A stretch of DNA of 63,573 nucleotides, the filler included, from Octopus bimaculoides (taxonomy: Eukaryota), in assembly GCF_001194135.2 (NCBI RefSeq). It is 6 parts of 6 records of this genome, joined end to end, with 100 filler letters (N's around TTAATTAATTAA, not from the genome) between each part and the next. Parts side by side here need not be neighbours in the genome. Positions count along the whole stretch, not along the records: positions 1 to 5,292 come from NC_068996.1; positions 5,393 to 28,645 come from NC_068983.1; 4 more parts are not named here. One strand, given 5' to 3'. Positions 1 to 11,575 of this stretch are shown here, piece by piece. The notes beneath the pieces are model-generated. The model was given only the letters and a program-made list of their open reading frames with translations, was not told where the DNA came from and ran no database searches. The stretch's first letter is position 1, and each line of letters starts with the position of its first letter. A program made the position numbers and the translations under genes.

Positions 1-111
1 TATATATATATATATATATATAAAAGCAAATAAATAACAAGGATGTCCAGGTGTTAATTAGTGCATTACAACCGTTTCAAGTGGCTCCATTCAATCGATC
101 AATACAAACAT

Positions 112-487
112 TACATCAATTTGAAATAAACCGCTCTCCTCGGATGAGTACAACCAAATAGATTTCCAGCATACAAGACAATCCATTATAATTATTTAGC
201 AAAATTTTCATCAGTACTAGAGACTAAAATAATAATCTTTTTGCTATTATTGTAGTAGAATGAATTTAGGGAGAAGATACCTAAAGCCTACTATAAATTA
301 GACTGGCAGAAGAAAATAATGGGGGGTCAAGAATGAAGAATGGTGATATAGCAAAAAGAAGTAATGCATTTCAGTCTCTAGTATTAATGAAGAATTTGCT
401 AAACAAATTATAATGGATTATCCTGTATGCTGGAAATCTATAAGGTCGTACTCATCCAAGGAGAGCGGTTTATTTCAAATTGATGTA
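112..487. mobile_element. Long imperfect palindromic (foldback/MITE-like) element
   Basis: 112-151 (tacatcaatttgaaataaaccgctctcctcggatgagtac) is the reverse complement of 448-487 at 39/40 nt. Weaker inverted similarity continues inward (about 155-250 vs 345-445). Confidence 0.7.
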
Positions 488-1810
488 TTTAAGACTAAAA
501 CGTTTTTAGTCTAAAATAGTCTAGCTTAAATTATTGCATCATTTAAATATGTTCTAATACTATCTTTATTATTTTAACCTTCAACTTCGTTCAAATTGTA
601 TTTTAAACGAAAAAAATTTGTTAAGTTGGTTTTTGCATATAATATTCCTGTTAGCTTATATTATAATGGACGTAGGGTTGATTATGGAATGTTTATCATT
701 TTGATATTTTTAATAATATTTTTCTATCTTTATATAATAAGTATTTTATATAAATTCATTTGGTATTTATTGTTGGTTGATATATACATTCTTTTATTAT
801 TATTATTGTTGTATTTTGATCTGAAGATTAGCTATATTATTGAATAGAATTTATTTTCGATAGTTTTAATCGATTTTAATCAATTTAAATATTCTTTCTA
901 TTTGAAAATTGGTTATGAAACACGTGTAGTCATTTTATTATCTTNNNNNNNNNNNNNNNNNNNNNNNNNNNNNNNNNNNNNNNNNNNNNNNNNNNNNNNN
1001 NNNNNNNNNNNNNNNNNNNNNNNNNNNNNNNNNNNNNNNNNNNNNNNNNNNNNNNNNNNNNNNNNNNNNNNNNNNNNNNNNNNNNNNNNNNNNNNNNNNN
1101 NNNNNNNNNNNNNNNNNNNNNNNNNNNNNNNNNNNNNNNNNNNNNNNNNNNNNNNNNNNNNNNNNNNNNNNNNNNNNNNNNNNNNNNNNNNNNNNNNNNN
1201 NNNNNNNNNNNNNNNNNNNNNNNNNNNNNNNNNNNNNNNNNNNNNNNNNNNNNNNNNNNNNNNNNNNNNNNNNNNNNNNNNNNNNNNNNNNNNNNNNNNN
1301 NNNNNNNNNNNNNNNNNNNNNNNNNNNNNNNNNNNNNNNNNNNNNNNNNNNNNNNNNNNNNNNNNNNNNNNNNNNNNNNNNNNNNNNNNNNNNNNNNNNN
1401 NNNNNNNNNNNNNNNNNNNNNNNNNNNNNNNNNNNNNNNNNNNNNNNNNNNNNNNNNNNNNNNNNNNNNNNNNNNNNNNNNNNNNNNNNNNNNNNNNNNN
1501 NNNNNNNNNNNNNNNNNNNNNNNNNNNNNNNNNNNNNNNNNNNNNNNNNNNNNNNNNNNNNNNNNNNNNNNNNNNNNNNNNNNNNNNNNNNNNNNNNNNN
1601 NNNNNNNNNNNNNNNNNNNNNNNNNNNNNNNNNNNNNNNNNNNNNNNNNNNNNNNNNNNNNNNNNNNNNNNNNNNNNNNNNNNNNNNNNNNNNNNNNNNN
1701 NNNNNNNNNNNNNNNNNNNNNNNNNNNNNNNNNNNNNNNNNNNNNNNNNNNNNNNNNNNNNNNNNNNNNNNNNNNNNNNNNNNNNNNNNNNNNNNNNNNN
1801 NNNNNNNNNN

Positions 1811-1861
<51 letters not shown>

Positions 1862-2019
1862 TGAGTAACAAAGATGTACAGGTGTCAATTCATTATGGCT
1901 GTCTCAAGCGACTCCTCTGCTGCTATTTCTTTGGTAGAATCAATGTAAATATTTGAGTTCCAGTTGGTGATGTGATTATGTTAAAGCAGTTGGTTGGTCC
2001 TTTGTGTTCGAAGTCTATG

Positions 2020-2109
2020 CAGTCATCTGATGAAAATGGTTTCTTTACAAAGATGTAATGTTTTCGTTAATCAATTAAAGGAGTCACTTGAAATGGCTGT
2101 AATGAACTG
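2020..2109 (+). ncRNA. Type I hammerhead ribozyme-like motif (Penelope-like retroelement type)
   Basis: Stem I cagtcat/atgaactg; CTGATGA 2027-2033; stem II 2034-2047 pairs with 2076-2089 (13/14 with GU); GAAA 2090-2093; stem III tggctg; putative cleavage triplet GUA 2099-2101. Confidence 0.65.
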
Positions 2110-2392
2110 GCACTTGTACATCTTTGTTACTCATTTATATTTTATTCACCTACCTTGGAATCTGCACATTGGAAATATTAGAGAAAGAATTTTATATAAA
2201 GTACATGTCTGAACAACCATGAGCGGATCTCTTCACTAAGTTGGATCATGTTATCAACATACACTGCAAGAATATCAAGCGCAAATGCTTCTGCACAGAG
2301 TCTGGTATTCACTTAATATTGTTTGGGTGTGCGTGTTACTCTGACCTAACAGTGTGCCTCAATTTAAATATTTAATTCAACTGAATCTTAAC

Positions 2393-2430
<38 letters not shown>

Positions 2431-2433
<3 letters not shown>

Positions 2434-2836
2434 CTCTTTTACTCTTTTACTTGTTTCAGTCATTTGACTGCGGCCATACTGGAGCACCGCCTTTATAGTC
2501 GAGCAAATCGACCCCAGAGCTTATTCTTTGTAAGCTTAGTACTTATTCTATCGGTCTCTTTGGCTGAACCGCTAAGTTACGGGGGACATAAACACACCAG
2601 CATCGGTTGTCAAGCAATGCTGGGGGGACAAACAGACACACAAACACACACATACATATATATATACATGTAAAACAGGCTTCTTCCAGTTTCTGTCTAC
2701 CAAATCCACTCACAAGGCTTTGGTCGGCCCGAGGCTATAGTAGAAGACACTTGCCCAAGGTGCCACACAGTGGGACTGAACCCGGGACCATATCGTTGGT
2801 AAGCAAGCTACTTACCACACAGCCGCTCCTGCTCCT
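2431..2836 (-). mobile_element. tRNA-derived SINE, family 1 (CORE-like segment ccttgggcaagtgtctt)
   Basis: The minus strand begins with a tRNA-like head (gtggtaagtagcttgc...gggttcagtccc) and ends in a short simple-repeat tail. Near-identical copies occur at 4829, 24821, 31561 and 60586. Confidence 0.85.
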
Positions 2837-4828
2837 ATATATATATATGCTTTATAAAAATTATTGGTAGTAGACTCATTTATTGAAAATGTTTAAAAAA
2901 TTTAGATTGTTAAAATCACAGTATATAAAATAAAAAAATATATAACAAATCACTAATGTTGTGCTTCGTTGAGGTTTTTTCTTTTGTGTATTTGCCAATA
3001 TTTCCTTTTCAATTTCAATTGATTACATTGAATTTCAAACAATCTACACGTTTGAAATTGAAACTAAGATACATGAAATAAAAGCATTGTTTATCAAAAC
3101 ATCCATTCTCTTTCTTTCTTCTGACCATAGAATATCAGCCAAAGAAAAAAGTAAACTCATTCACAATCAGATTTGTGTCTAAGAATCAAAGATAAATATG
3201 AACAAAATACCAATAATATACATTTTTGTTTTACAAATTCTCTTTGACTGGAAAAAAAAAATTCCATTTATCTTGATAGTTTTTCTTTTTCAGTCTCATT
3301 ACATATAATATTTCTTCTCAAAATGGCATATTCCTTAAACAAATTATTATCATTAAATTTGATGTTTGATTTGTGAAAATCTATGATTGATTCTGCAACT
3401 GCCTTCTATTCTGGAGACTTATTCAGAATCAGTCAGCACAAAAAACTGAAACTGGTGTTTTTTTTTTAAATCACTTTGTGAGATAATCTTGTGTTGTTGC
3501 ACAGGAAAACTTCAATAATATTTTGAAAATTCTAAACTTTTTCATCATCATCAAAGTATTTCAGAATTTTCTCTGCTTGACTGAAGAGAAAAACATCAGT
3601 AATTGTATTATTTCTGTAGTAGCAAAAATATTTCTTTCACCTCAAGAATTGTTTGATCTGATTTATCTACTTATGAATTCCAGAAAATTGTTCAAGCCAA
3701 TATGTATAGCTCACCAAAATAATGATTGAAAAAATTGACTAATAAATTAAAACTTATCTATAGACTAAAAATAAGATTTCAAACCTTTGAACATTTCTAA
3801 GATGTTTTATAACCCTAGAAAGTGAAAGCCAATGTGTTTCAGAGGAAGATAAAAGAATTTTGTATTCAACGCCAAGAAAAGAACAGAAATCTTCCAAATT
3901 TTCTGTTTTCACAGTTGAATTACTGATGAAAGTAAATTTTCATTGTTATTAATTGAATTTTATGTTTATGTCTCCCAGAAGCTTATTGAACTGTATTGGG
4001 ATCAAAAACACAAATAAAACAACCAGTTTCTTAAATTCTTTCGTTCAAAAGATTTAATTTATAAAAAAATATTTTCCTAATCTTTACAACCAATTCCTTC
4101 AAAATTCATATTATAATCATCAGCCACAAATGCTACATGTTTTTTCTTAAGATATTTTGTTATTGTCCAAACGTTTCTTTATATAGCTAGCTACAGTTTC
4201 TGATCTTTCATTTAGCAAAGTATTCAATGTTAAAACTTTTACTTGCTTTACTTTTATATTTCAGTATCAAAATGCAACAGTAAAGGAAAAACATTTTCTG
4301 TTTAATGGTTGCTAACATTTATTGAAATTCCATAAAAATTGCAGTTTTCCAAATCTTTTAAAAATGTATTGATTGCAAAAGGTGTATAAAGGAAATATAT
4401 ATTGTCTTTGTTCTTGTTATAGAAAACTTTTTAGACAGTTTTGTGTTTGGAAAGATTTCAGTGAAAAACTTTGATAAACACTCAGTGTTTTTAACACTTT
4501 AGTATTCAGATTATTCTATCAAATGTAACACTTATTTATTCACATTGTTTTGAATTTGTCCTGCATTATCTCATAGCCTTGAAATTTTGATGATATGACT
4601 AAATTTTTTAGATTGAAATTGTAGGGTAGGTGTGAGAGACTGGACCTGGCCAGTTTAAATGCTAAAGAATTAATATACAGTGTGTTTACCAGCTAATGAG
4701 TAATCATTCCATCTAACATCATCAATGGTTCCAGGCACATAATGGTACTTACATGTCTGGAACCATGATGATTCTCAGATTAGAACAATCAATTTGATGT
4801 CATTCCCTTATATCCTGGTTTCAGATTC

Positions 4829-5232
4829 TTTCTTTTATTCTTTTACTTGTTTCAGTCATTTGACTGCGGCCATGCTGGAGCACCACCTTTAGTTGAGCAA
4901 ATCGAACCCAGGACTTATTCTTTGGAAGCCTAGTACTTATTCTATTGGTCTCTTTTGCCGAACCACTAAGTTACAGGGACGTAAACACACCAGCATCAAG
5001 CGATGTTGGGGGGACAAACACGCACATACATATATATATATACATATATACGACGGGCTTCTTTCAGTTTCCATCTACCAAATCCACTCACAAGGCTTTG
5101 GTCGGCCTGAAGCTATAGTAGAAGACACTTTGCCCAAGGTGCCACGCAGTGGGACTGAACCGCTAAGTTACGGGGATGTAAACACACTAGCATTGGTTGT
5201 CAAGTGATGTTGGGGGGAAAAACACAGACACA

Positions 5233-5235
<3 letters not shown>
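4829..5235 (-). mobile_element. tRNA-derived SINE, family 1, with internal rearrangement
   Basis: Same sequence as 2431-2836, but at about 5157-5161 it jumps back to an internal segment (cgctaagttacgggg). Confidence 0.85.
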
Positions 5236-5292
<57 letters not shown>

Positions 5293-5392
5293 NNNNNNNN
5301 NNNNNNNNNNNNNNNNNNNNNNNNNNNNNNNNNNNNTTAATTAATTAANNNNNNNNNNNNNNNNNNNNNNNNNNNNNNNNNNNNNNNNNNNN
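5293..5392. other. Assembly gap spacer (N-run + TTAATTAATTAA + N-run); repeated at about 28690, 33217, 41460 and 61761
   Basis: The identical 12-mer, which contains stops in all frames, sits inside N padding five times. Confidence 0.95.
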
Positions 5393-5434
5393 ATATATAT
5401 ATACATTTACGTAACAGCCTACTAATAACTCTAC

Positions 5435-5470
<36 letters not shown>

Positions 5471-6284
5471 CTGTGGGTATTGGAGTATTGGGGTATCGGG
5501 GTGCATACACATACATGCAAACACAAACATACACACATGCATACAAATACATGCATACACATACATGCATACATGCATACGTACATGCATACATACATAC
5601 ATATGTGGGAAAAAGTAAGTTCAAAAGAGAACAATTCAAACTTTTTGAGAGATCCAAAAAGAGAGAAAGAATGATTTTTCATAAAGGTTCATCATATTCA
5701 TAAAAAAACAGCCACAGCAAGTAATAAGAATATGAAAATAGTAGTCGAAAAATATTGTTATGGGTATATATATACCATAAAGAATTATAGAAAAATGGAG
5801 GACAAAAAGATGTTGAATCAAAATTAGATATTAAATCCTATTTTGTATCTAAATCTAATTTTGTAATTAAATCTAATTGTATTTAAATCTAATTTTGATT
5901 TAATATCTTTTTCTCCTCCACTTTTTTTTCTTTTTTATACTTGTTTATGGTATATCTATACCTATAATGATATTTTCAACTACATACATACATATGTTTA
6001 TACACATGCACACTGACGCACGCATATTCGCACAAACACACACAAATAGAATGCAGCTCTGATAACGGACGGAGCCAACGACTACTGAAAAGTTTACAAG
6101 ACTCAACGAAAATTTTAGAAGAAATAAATAAGTAAATGAGTGGAAATCGAACCGGTAAGTGTGTTAAATATTAAGGCAGTAAAGGGGAATGACTCCCCAC
6201 AGACACAATAAAATATGCTTCAACACACGAATTCACATAAAGAATCATGATAATCAAATACAAAAACGAAATATATATATACAA

Positions 6285-6319
<35 letters not shown>

Positions 6320-7171
6320 TAAACATATGGATGGATGGATGTATGTATACGTATATATTATATCTTATTTAAAACTATTGTGCAAAAACATGAATGTGCA
6401 CGATACAGTATCGCAACATTGTCATGTGTGCCACATCGCACAACCCAATTAAAAAAAATTCAGTCGTTTCGACCTGTCCACACATTTTAAAATTCATTTC
6501 CATAAATTTCTGTCATGTGAAACATCCAGTAGTACTTGAAATCGTGCTGAACGCAATTTAATCTGATATTTGGAATTTACTCTCAATCTGCTCATGTGTA
6601 TCCTCAGCAAACCGCTATTTTAACCAAACCATGGATCGGTTTACGTAATCATCTTTATTTTACATTCGGATACGCTTAAATCACGTTCTATTCACTTCTA
6701 ATACAAAGTGAGTATAAGGCAAATGTATATTTTCGTTTTAAAACATCAAACAAAATCTATATTCTATAGCTCCTGCGTGGTTGAATGTGGTCAAATTTAA
6801 CAAAATTTGTGCATAAGTATGTAATGAAAATAGTTCAATTCCAGCAATATCCAGAGTGATAAAACGTGTGAGATTGAAGGATCATATAAATATAGAAAAC
6901 ACCATCACCACCAACAACAACAGAATCAAGTAGAATGCACTTATTTTAAAGATTGAATATTATTTTAATTTTATAATTATGCCTTCTATTAGCTATGGGA
7001 ATATAAAACAAATCAGAAACCTGGTAAAAAATACAAAATAGGATTGTTTCACTTACACTGTTATAGTTGTGTAGTTAAATATGAAATATATTCCATTCCA
7101 TTTAAGACAAATTACGCATGCATGTATATGTTTTATGTAGGAGAAAGCTTATGATAGGGAGTACTTTGATA

Positions 7172-8653
7172 TTACAATTTATGACACATCAAAGCGCAAC
7201 ATGTTCCAGTGTAAGGCACAAAAGATACTTCAGATGTTTTAGCTTTCAAACGTACTCTGACGCAATCAAGCAAGTCACACGTTATCCATGTACAATGTCC
7301 GTCACGGTACCCAAAAAATTCGCAAGAACTGTTTTTGGCACAAACACGCATTGATGTTCTATTTCTGAACATAAGGTTATTAGCTCTATTCAAGTATACT
7401 TTATTCTTATAGTTACAGCTTGGTTTTGGTGTCAAAGTACCATTAGCACACGTCACATTCTCGTTAGATTTCTTCCAGTAATTAAGGTGACATGAATAAG
7501 TAATATTCGTATTTTCTGGGACTCTGCTTCCAAACGGAAGATATTGCAGCGTTTCTCCATTTCGGTAGCTATATAATCCAAGCTCGGGTAACAGTTGGCA
7601 GTTCTTAACACAACTTGGAAGGTTTCCAGTCCATGTTCCATTTTCTAAACAGGTTCTTTTAGAATCTCCCAACAAAGTTTCTCCTGCTGAACAGCTATAT
7701 TCAATAACTGAAAAATTTTGTGACAAAATAAAATTTAATCCATGCAGTTTCTCAATTTTACACGTTTTTCTGCACTGTAGGTTTGGGTACCATTCACCCG
7801 ACAAGCATTGAACGACTCCATACGTGACAGGAATGAAAGATCGTTTGCAAGAATATAACACTTTCTCTCCTTCATTGATTAAGGTTCTTGGTTTTAATAT
7901 TGTACCTTCAGAAATAGTCACCACTCTGCCAGCAATTTCAGGCACAACACAATTCAAAGTGCAAACAGGTGTCGGAAAGTTCCAGCTACCGTCTTGAAGA
8001 CAAGTTAATACAGATTCACCTTTCACATTATATGGTTGCGTGCAACTGAAATGAATTGTTTCGTTAATTTTAACTTCATTTGTATTGTTTATATTGCCAT
8101 GTTTGGGTGGAAGCGGTGGCAGACATTTAGTACTTTCACAAACTGGTGGTGGGGACGACCACTGTTTAGTTTCTTGACAACGTATTGAACTGTTTCCTCG
8201 CAAAAAATAACCAGAAAAGCAGGTAAAGTAAACAACAGAGTTATATGTGTATGCAACATTTGTCATGAAACTATTAGCAGGTTTATGAAAAATTGGGCAG
8301 GCTGTTAACTTACATTGTATAACTTCATACGTCCATTTACCATTCCGACAAACAATCTCGGTCGTATTGCCTCGGTTTGCTTTAAAATATCGGTTGCATT
8401 TTTGTTCCAGATATATCTTTTGTTCTTCCCATTTTATGATATATTGTATTCTACTGTTGTTTAATTCCGGTAAAGAACTGCAGTTTAAGAAATCTATCAC
8501 TTGTTTAAAAAACCAAGGAGTAAAGTTTTTGTCAATTGAACTTCTATGACTATATTCCGACAAAATATTTTGCATAATACTATTAAATGCATTATTCTCA
8601 CTTTTCACAGTGAATATGATTAAAAAAAGAAAATAGAAATATGTGAATATCAT
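7172..8653 (-). CDS. Secreted Sushi/CCP (SCR) repeat protein, 493 aa, single exon: signal peptide, six CCP modules, Cys-rich C-terminal domain
   Basis: Uninterrupted ORF from ATG (8653-8651) to TAA (7174-7172). Hydrophobic N-terminus MIFTYFYFLFLIIFTVKS. Six C-x-C-x-C-x-W-x-C modules (e.g. CPIFHKPANS...YFTCFSGYFLRGNSSIRCQETKQWSSPPPVC; module 6 lacks the Trp). At least 13 N-x-S/T sequons and no transmembrane segment. Confidence 0.92.
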   Translation of the reverse strand: MIFTYFYFLFLIIFTVKSENNAFNSIMQNILSEYSHRSSIDKNFTPWFFKQVIDFLNCSSLPELNNSRIQYIIKWEEQKIYLEQKCNRYFKANRGNTTEIVCRNGKWTYEVIQCKLTACPIFHKPANSFMTNVAYTYNSVVYFTCFSGYFLRGNSSIRCQETKQWSSPPPVCESTKCLPPLPPKHGNINNTNEVKINETIHFSCTQPYNVKGESVLTCLQDGSWNFPTPVCTLNCVVPEIAGRVVTISEGTILKPRTLINEGEKVLYSCKRSFIPVTYGVVQCLSGEWYPNLQCRKTCKIEKLHGLNFILSQNFSVIEYSCSAGETLLGDSKRTCLENGTWTGNLPSCVKNCQLLPELGLYSYRNGETLQYLPFGSRVPENTNITYSCHLNYWKKSNENVTCANGTLTPKPSCNYKNKVYLNRANNLMFRNRTSMRVCAKNSSCEFFGYRDGHCTWITCDLLDCVRVRLKAKTSEVSFVPYTGTCCALMCHKL

Positions 8654-8859
8654 TTTCTGAATTTTGATGGTAAACTTTACGTAAATAATTTACAAAACTA
8701 TATTGCCGAATGAATAGCTGTAAGTCTTTTACAGTCGAGTTAGTAGGCAGTTCGTCGATTCCACAAGTGTATCTTATAAAAATATTTTCATTTATATACT
8801 TCTTTAATTTTGAAATTAAGGCATATGGCATTGCTTAGGGAGAGAATTAGAGATATGAA

Positions 8860-8897
8860 TATTTATAGGAGGTGGGGTTTAAAGATTAGATGATTGG
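8860..8897 (-). promoter_or_regulatory. CCAAT box + TATA box upstream of the CCP gene
   Basis: Minus-strand CCAAT at 8897-8893 and TATAAATA at 8867-8860, about 207 nt upstream of the ATG. Both motifs and their spacing are retained in the paralog (12274-12311). Confidence 0.6.
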
Positions 8898-9045
8898 TTA
8901 TTTTAATTTTTTATAGTATAATGTGGCTTAGATTATAGCAGAACAGCACAGGTCATGTAGTACAGTAGTAAGCGTATTTACATAAATTACATACATTGAA
9001 TTAGCTTCACACATACACACACACAGACACACACAGACACACACA

Positions 9046-9112
<67 letters not shown>

Positions 9113-9617
9113 CATGTGTTGAAACATATGGCTTGAAAATTTAAAATATTAATGTCTGCAGTGCAAATAAAATAAATACACAGAGTGCAGAGAAAATCAA
9201 GCACGCATAAATATCCACAAGATAAAAACTGTATGTCTAAAGTGAATTGTATGTCTAAATTGAGTAAATTTCATACACGTTAGTTACTTTATTGGTCTGA
9301 AAGATGGCACTGAGTGGTCGCAAGTTGACGGCGGCAGGAGAAACATTGTCCAGATTTTTTTAGGCTGACTAAAGGAAAAACTCAGCTTAATGTTTAGTGC
9401 CTTCTAGGAATGGCAGACATAATTTGGGTGATGAGAGGAAGCAAAATACAAAAGTCGAGAGTTCCTGAGTGAAAGTAGAACGAGATCAACAAGCCAGGCT
9501 GTAAAGAAGGCAAGCAAGTCAAAGAATTAAAGCTCACTGTAGTCGTGTGAGAGAGAGAGAGGGGGGAGGAGAGAGGGAGAAAGAGAGAAGGGAGAGGAGG
9601 GAAGGAGAGGAGGCAGG

Positions 9618-9661
<44 letters not shown>

Positions 9662-9699
9662 CATGAAGGTAGAGAGACAGAGTTATACATCGTGTCCTT

Positions 9700-10300
9700 T
9701 CGTCAGTGGTTTGAAGAATGTCACGATGGTCAGTCGGTTGATCATTTTCTTGGAAGCGATCTTGTAATTTCGTATGCACGCTATCAACACCGTCTTAACT
9801 GCAGAAACAATATGACATAATGGCTTTCACTTGTGCCTTGTAAGTAGTTAAGCCCTTGTTAGGGTCTGGAAGATTTTCTTTACCAGTAGGCCAATCTTTG
9901 TGATGTAATTTTGACTATACTAAAGAAATACGTTCCCTGAGAGAGATTCTCAGTGATGTGAAAGGCCTAGTAGTTGAAACTATTAGTTTTATCCTTCATG
10001 TTTAGTGTGTATTTTACGAAATTATTTGAAGTGATTTTGACAACATTAGAAAATGGTTTCGATGTCTCTGTTTATGGAGTTAATGCAAGTTTGGCGTGAG
10101 GTTTTTACATTGCGTATCAATGATATCAGACTGTGAAAGATTTAAGAGGAATAAAGCTTGCTGAAGCTGACAGCAAATACATCGATGTTGTTCTGGAAAA
10201 AGAACGTTGAAAGCAAAATCGAAATTGGGGTTGTCCAAAATTTTATAGCGTATGTCACAGAGACGCCCATCAGTATGTCTCCGATGTTAAATTTTGACTT
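9700..10300 (-). mobile_element. Degenerate Penelope-like (GIY-YIG) fragment
   Basis: The minus strand gives remnants such as TSESI..YC and KLQDRFQE. Homologous to 16910-17560. Confidence 0.45.
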
Positions 10301-10849
10301 CAAGGCACCGATCTATAGTGTTGTATGCCGATAAGAACAGCCCTCGAGTTTGCCAAACTCTATCCTTACTCCCTATTCAGACTTATACACAAACTCTCGC
10401 ACGCGGTTAACTATCACCATTGCTACGGGTCCTCCACATCGCTACCAACCGCCATTCTAGCTTCGCAACTACTGATCCAAGAGATTTTCTACCATTCATC
10501 ATGACATCTATATCCAAACTGGTGATGATATTACTATTTTTGCGGTTCAATTGCAAGGCGTCTATTAAGGGTTTCATTAACAGAAGTGTTAAATTCAAGG
10601 ATGACAGATTGTATTATCTTACTGTTATGTCTGTCGTTCAACTGTTCAATAAACTGATTATTGAGTATGTTTATTAATTGCATCAAATGAGAATATTCTT
10701 TCTCTCTTCTTTCTTTTAATCCTAACCATTAAGATTTAACCGTATTTTTAGTCTCTAAAAAGATTACCACTTTCACTACACGATGTCGTATCAGCTTCCC
10801 TCTAAAAGGATCCAGTCTCTCAATTGTAGTACTCCAAAGAACCACCCGC

Positions 10850-11400
10850 ACGCTATTCCATCGAATCCCAAAGTACTACACGGGCATGATCCCCAATGCC
10901 TTCAAGGAATGGTATACGCAGCATATGTATTCGCTTAGATGCATGGAAAGAGACAATTCCATCTCTTTGTCTCGTTTTTTCTACAGCCGAAATTGGGGGT
11001 GTCCAAGTGTTTATAAAGTATGGCCGAGAGACAACCATTCACACACAACACATGACGAAATTGGATACTTGGGCTAATTCAGTTACCTGAGGGTGCCAGA
11101 AAATAGTTTAAGAACAAGTACCGCTGATGTACCGCTGATGTACCGCTGATGTACCGCTGATGTACCGCTGATGTACCGCTGGTGGTACATCATCTAGCTA
11201 CGCCACTGTAGAGCGGTAACATCGTGTCAAATTTCAGCATCGAGTGTGTGATAATGGGTGTCGCTCCAACTCTCCCAATTTCGCTTTTCTTTTCAACATT
11301 CTTCTTCCAAATCATCAACGGCATATTTACTGTCACTCCCAACAACGTCCACTACTAAACAATTCTTCCAATCTGACGAATGGATGGGATGTACCACACC
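10850..11400 (+). mobile_element. Degenerate Penelope-like composite with internal inverted repeat
   Basis: The plus strand gives KYYTGMIPNAFKEWYTQH (GIY-YIG-like). 10988-11090 and 11220-11285 are inverted copies of one segment. The whole unit matches 18050-17390 on the opposite strand. Confidence 0.5.
11118..11183. repeat. 11-bp tandem repeat (GTACCGCTGAT) x5 plus one variant
   Basis: Read directly from the sequence. Confidence 0.95.
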
Positions 11401-11445
11401 ATCACTCTTCTCTCTCACGTCCTCTCACCCCATATCTCTCTTTCA

Positions 11446-11481
<36 letters not shown>

Positions 11482-11543
11482 TTCATTCTCTCTCTCTTTC
11501 GCTGCGTCCACATTCCTCTCTCTCGCCCTCTTTATCTCCCAAC

Positions 11544-11575
<32 letters not shown>

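Noticed and set aside
596-847. 83-aa hydrophobic ORF
   Set aside because: It has a TTG start in very AT-rich DNA, and the I/L/F/Y bias is compositional.
902-1888. Long ORFs spanning N-runs (also near 15071, 21583, 26003, 33995, 36439 and 48703)
   Set aside because: They are open only because N translates to X.
5337-5348. TTAATTAATTAA repeated five times as a possible regulatory palindrome
   Set aside because: It is always embedded in N padding, so it is an assembly spacer.
7172-8653. Viral (poxvirus VCP-like) or bacterial origin of the intronless CCP gene
   Set aside because: There are no neighbouring viral genes, and base composition and promoter look host-like. It cannot be excluded without a phylogeny.
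8598-8831. 77-aa ORF just upstream of the CCP gene (possible extra exon or uORF)
   Set aside because: It overlaps the predicted 5'UTR and start in another frame, and the frame is not preserved in the paralog.
11118-11183. CRISPR-like array
   Set aside because: There are no spacers, and the context is eukaryotic.
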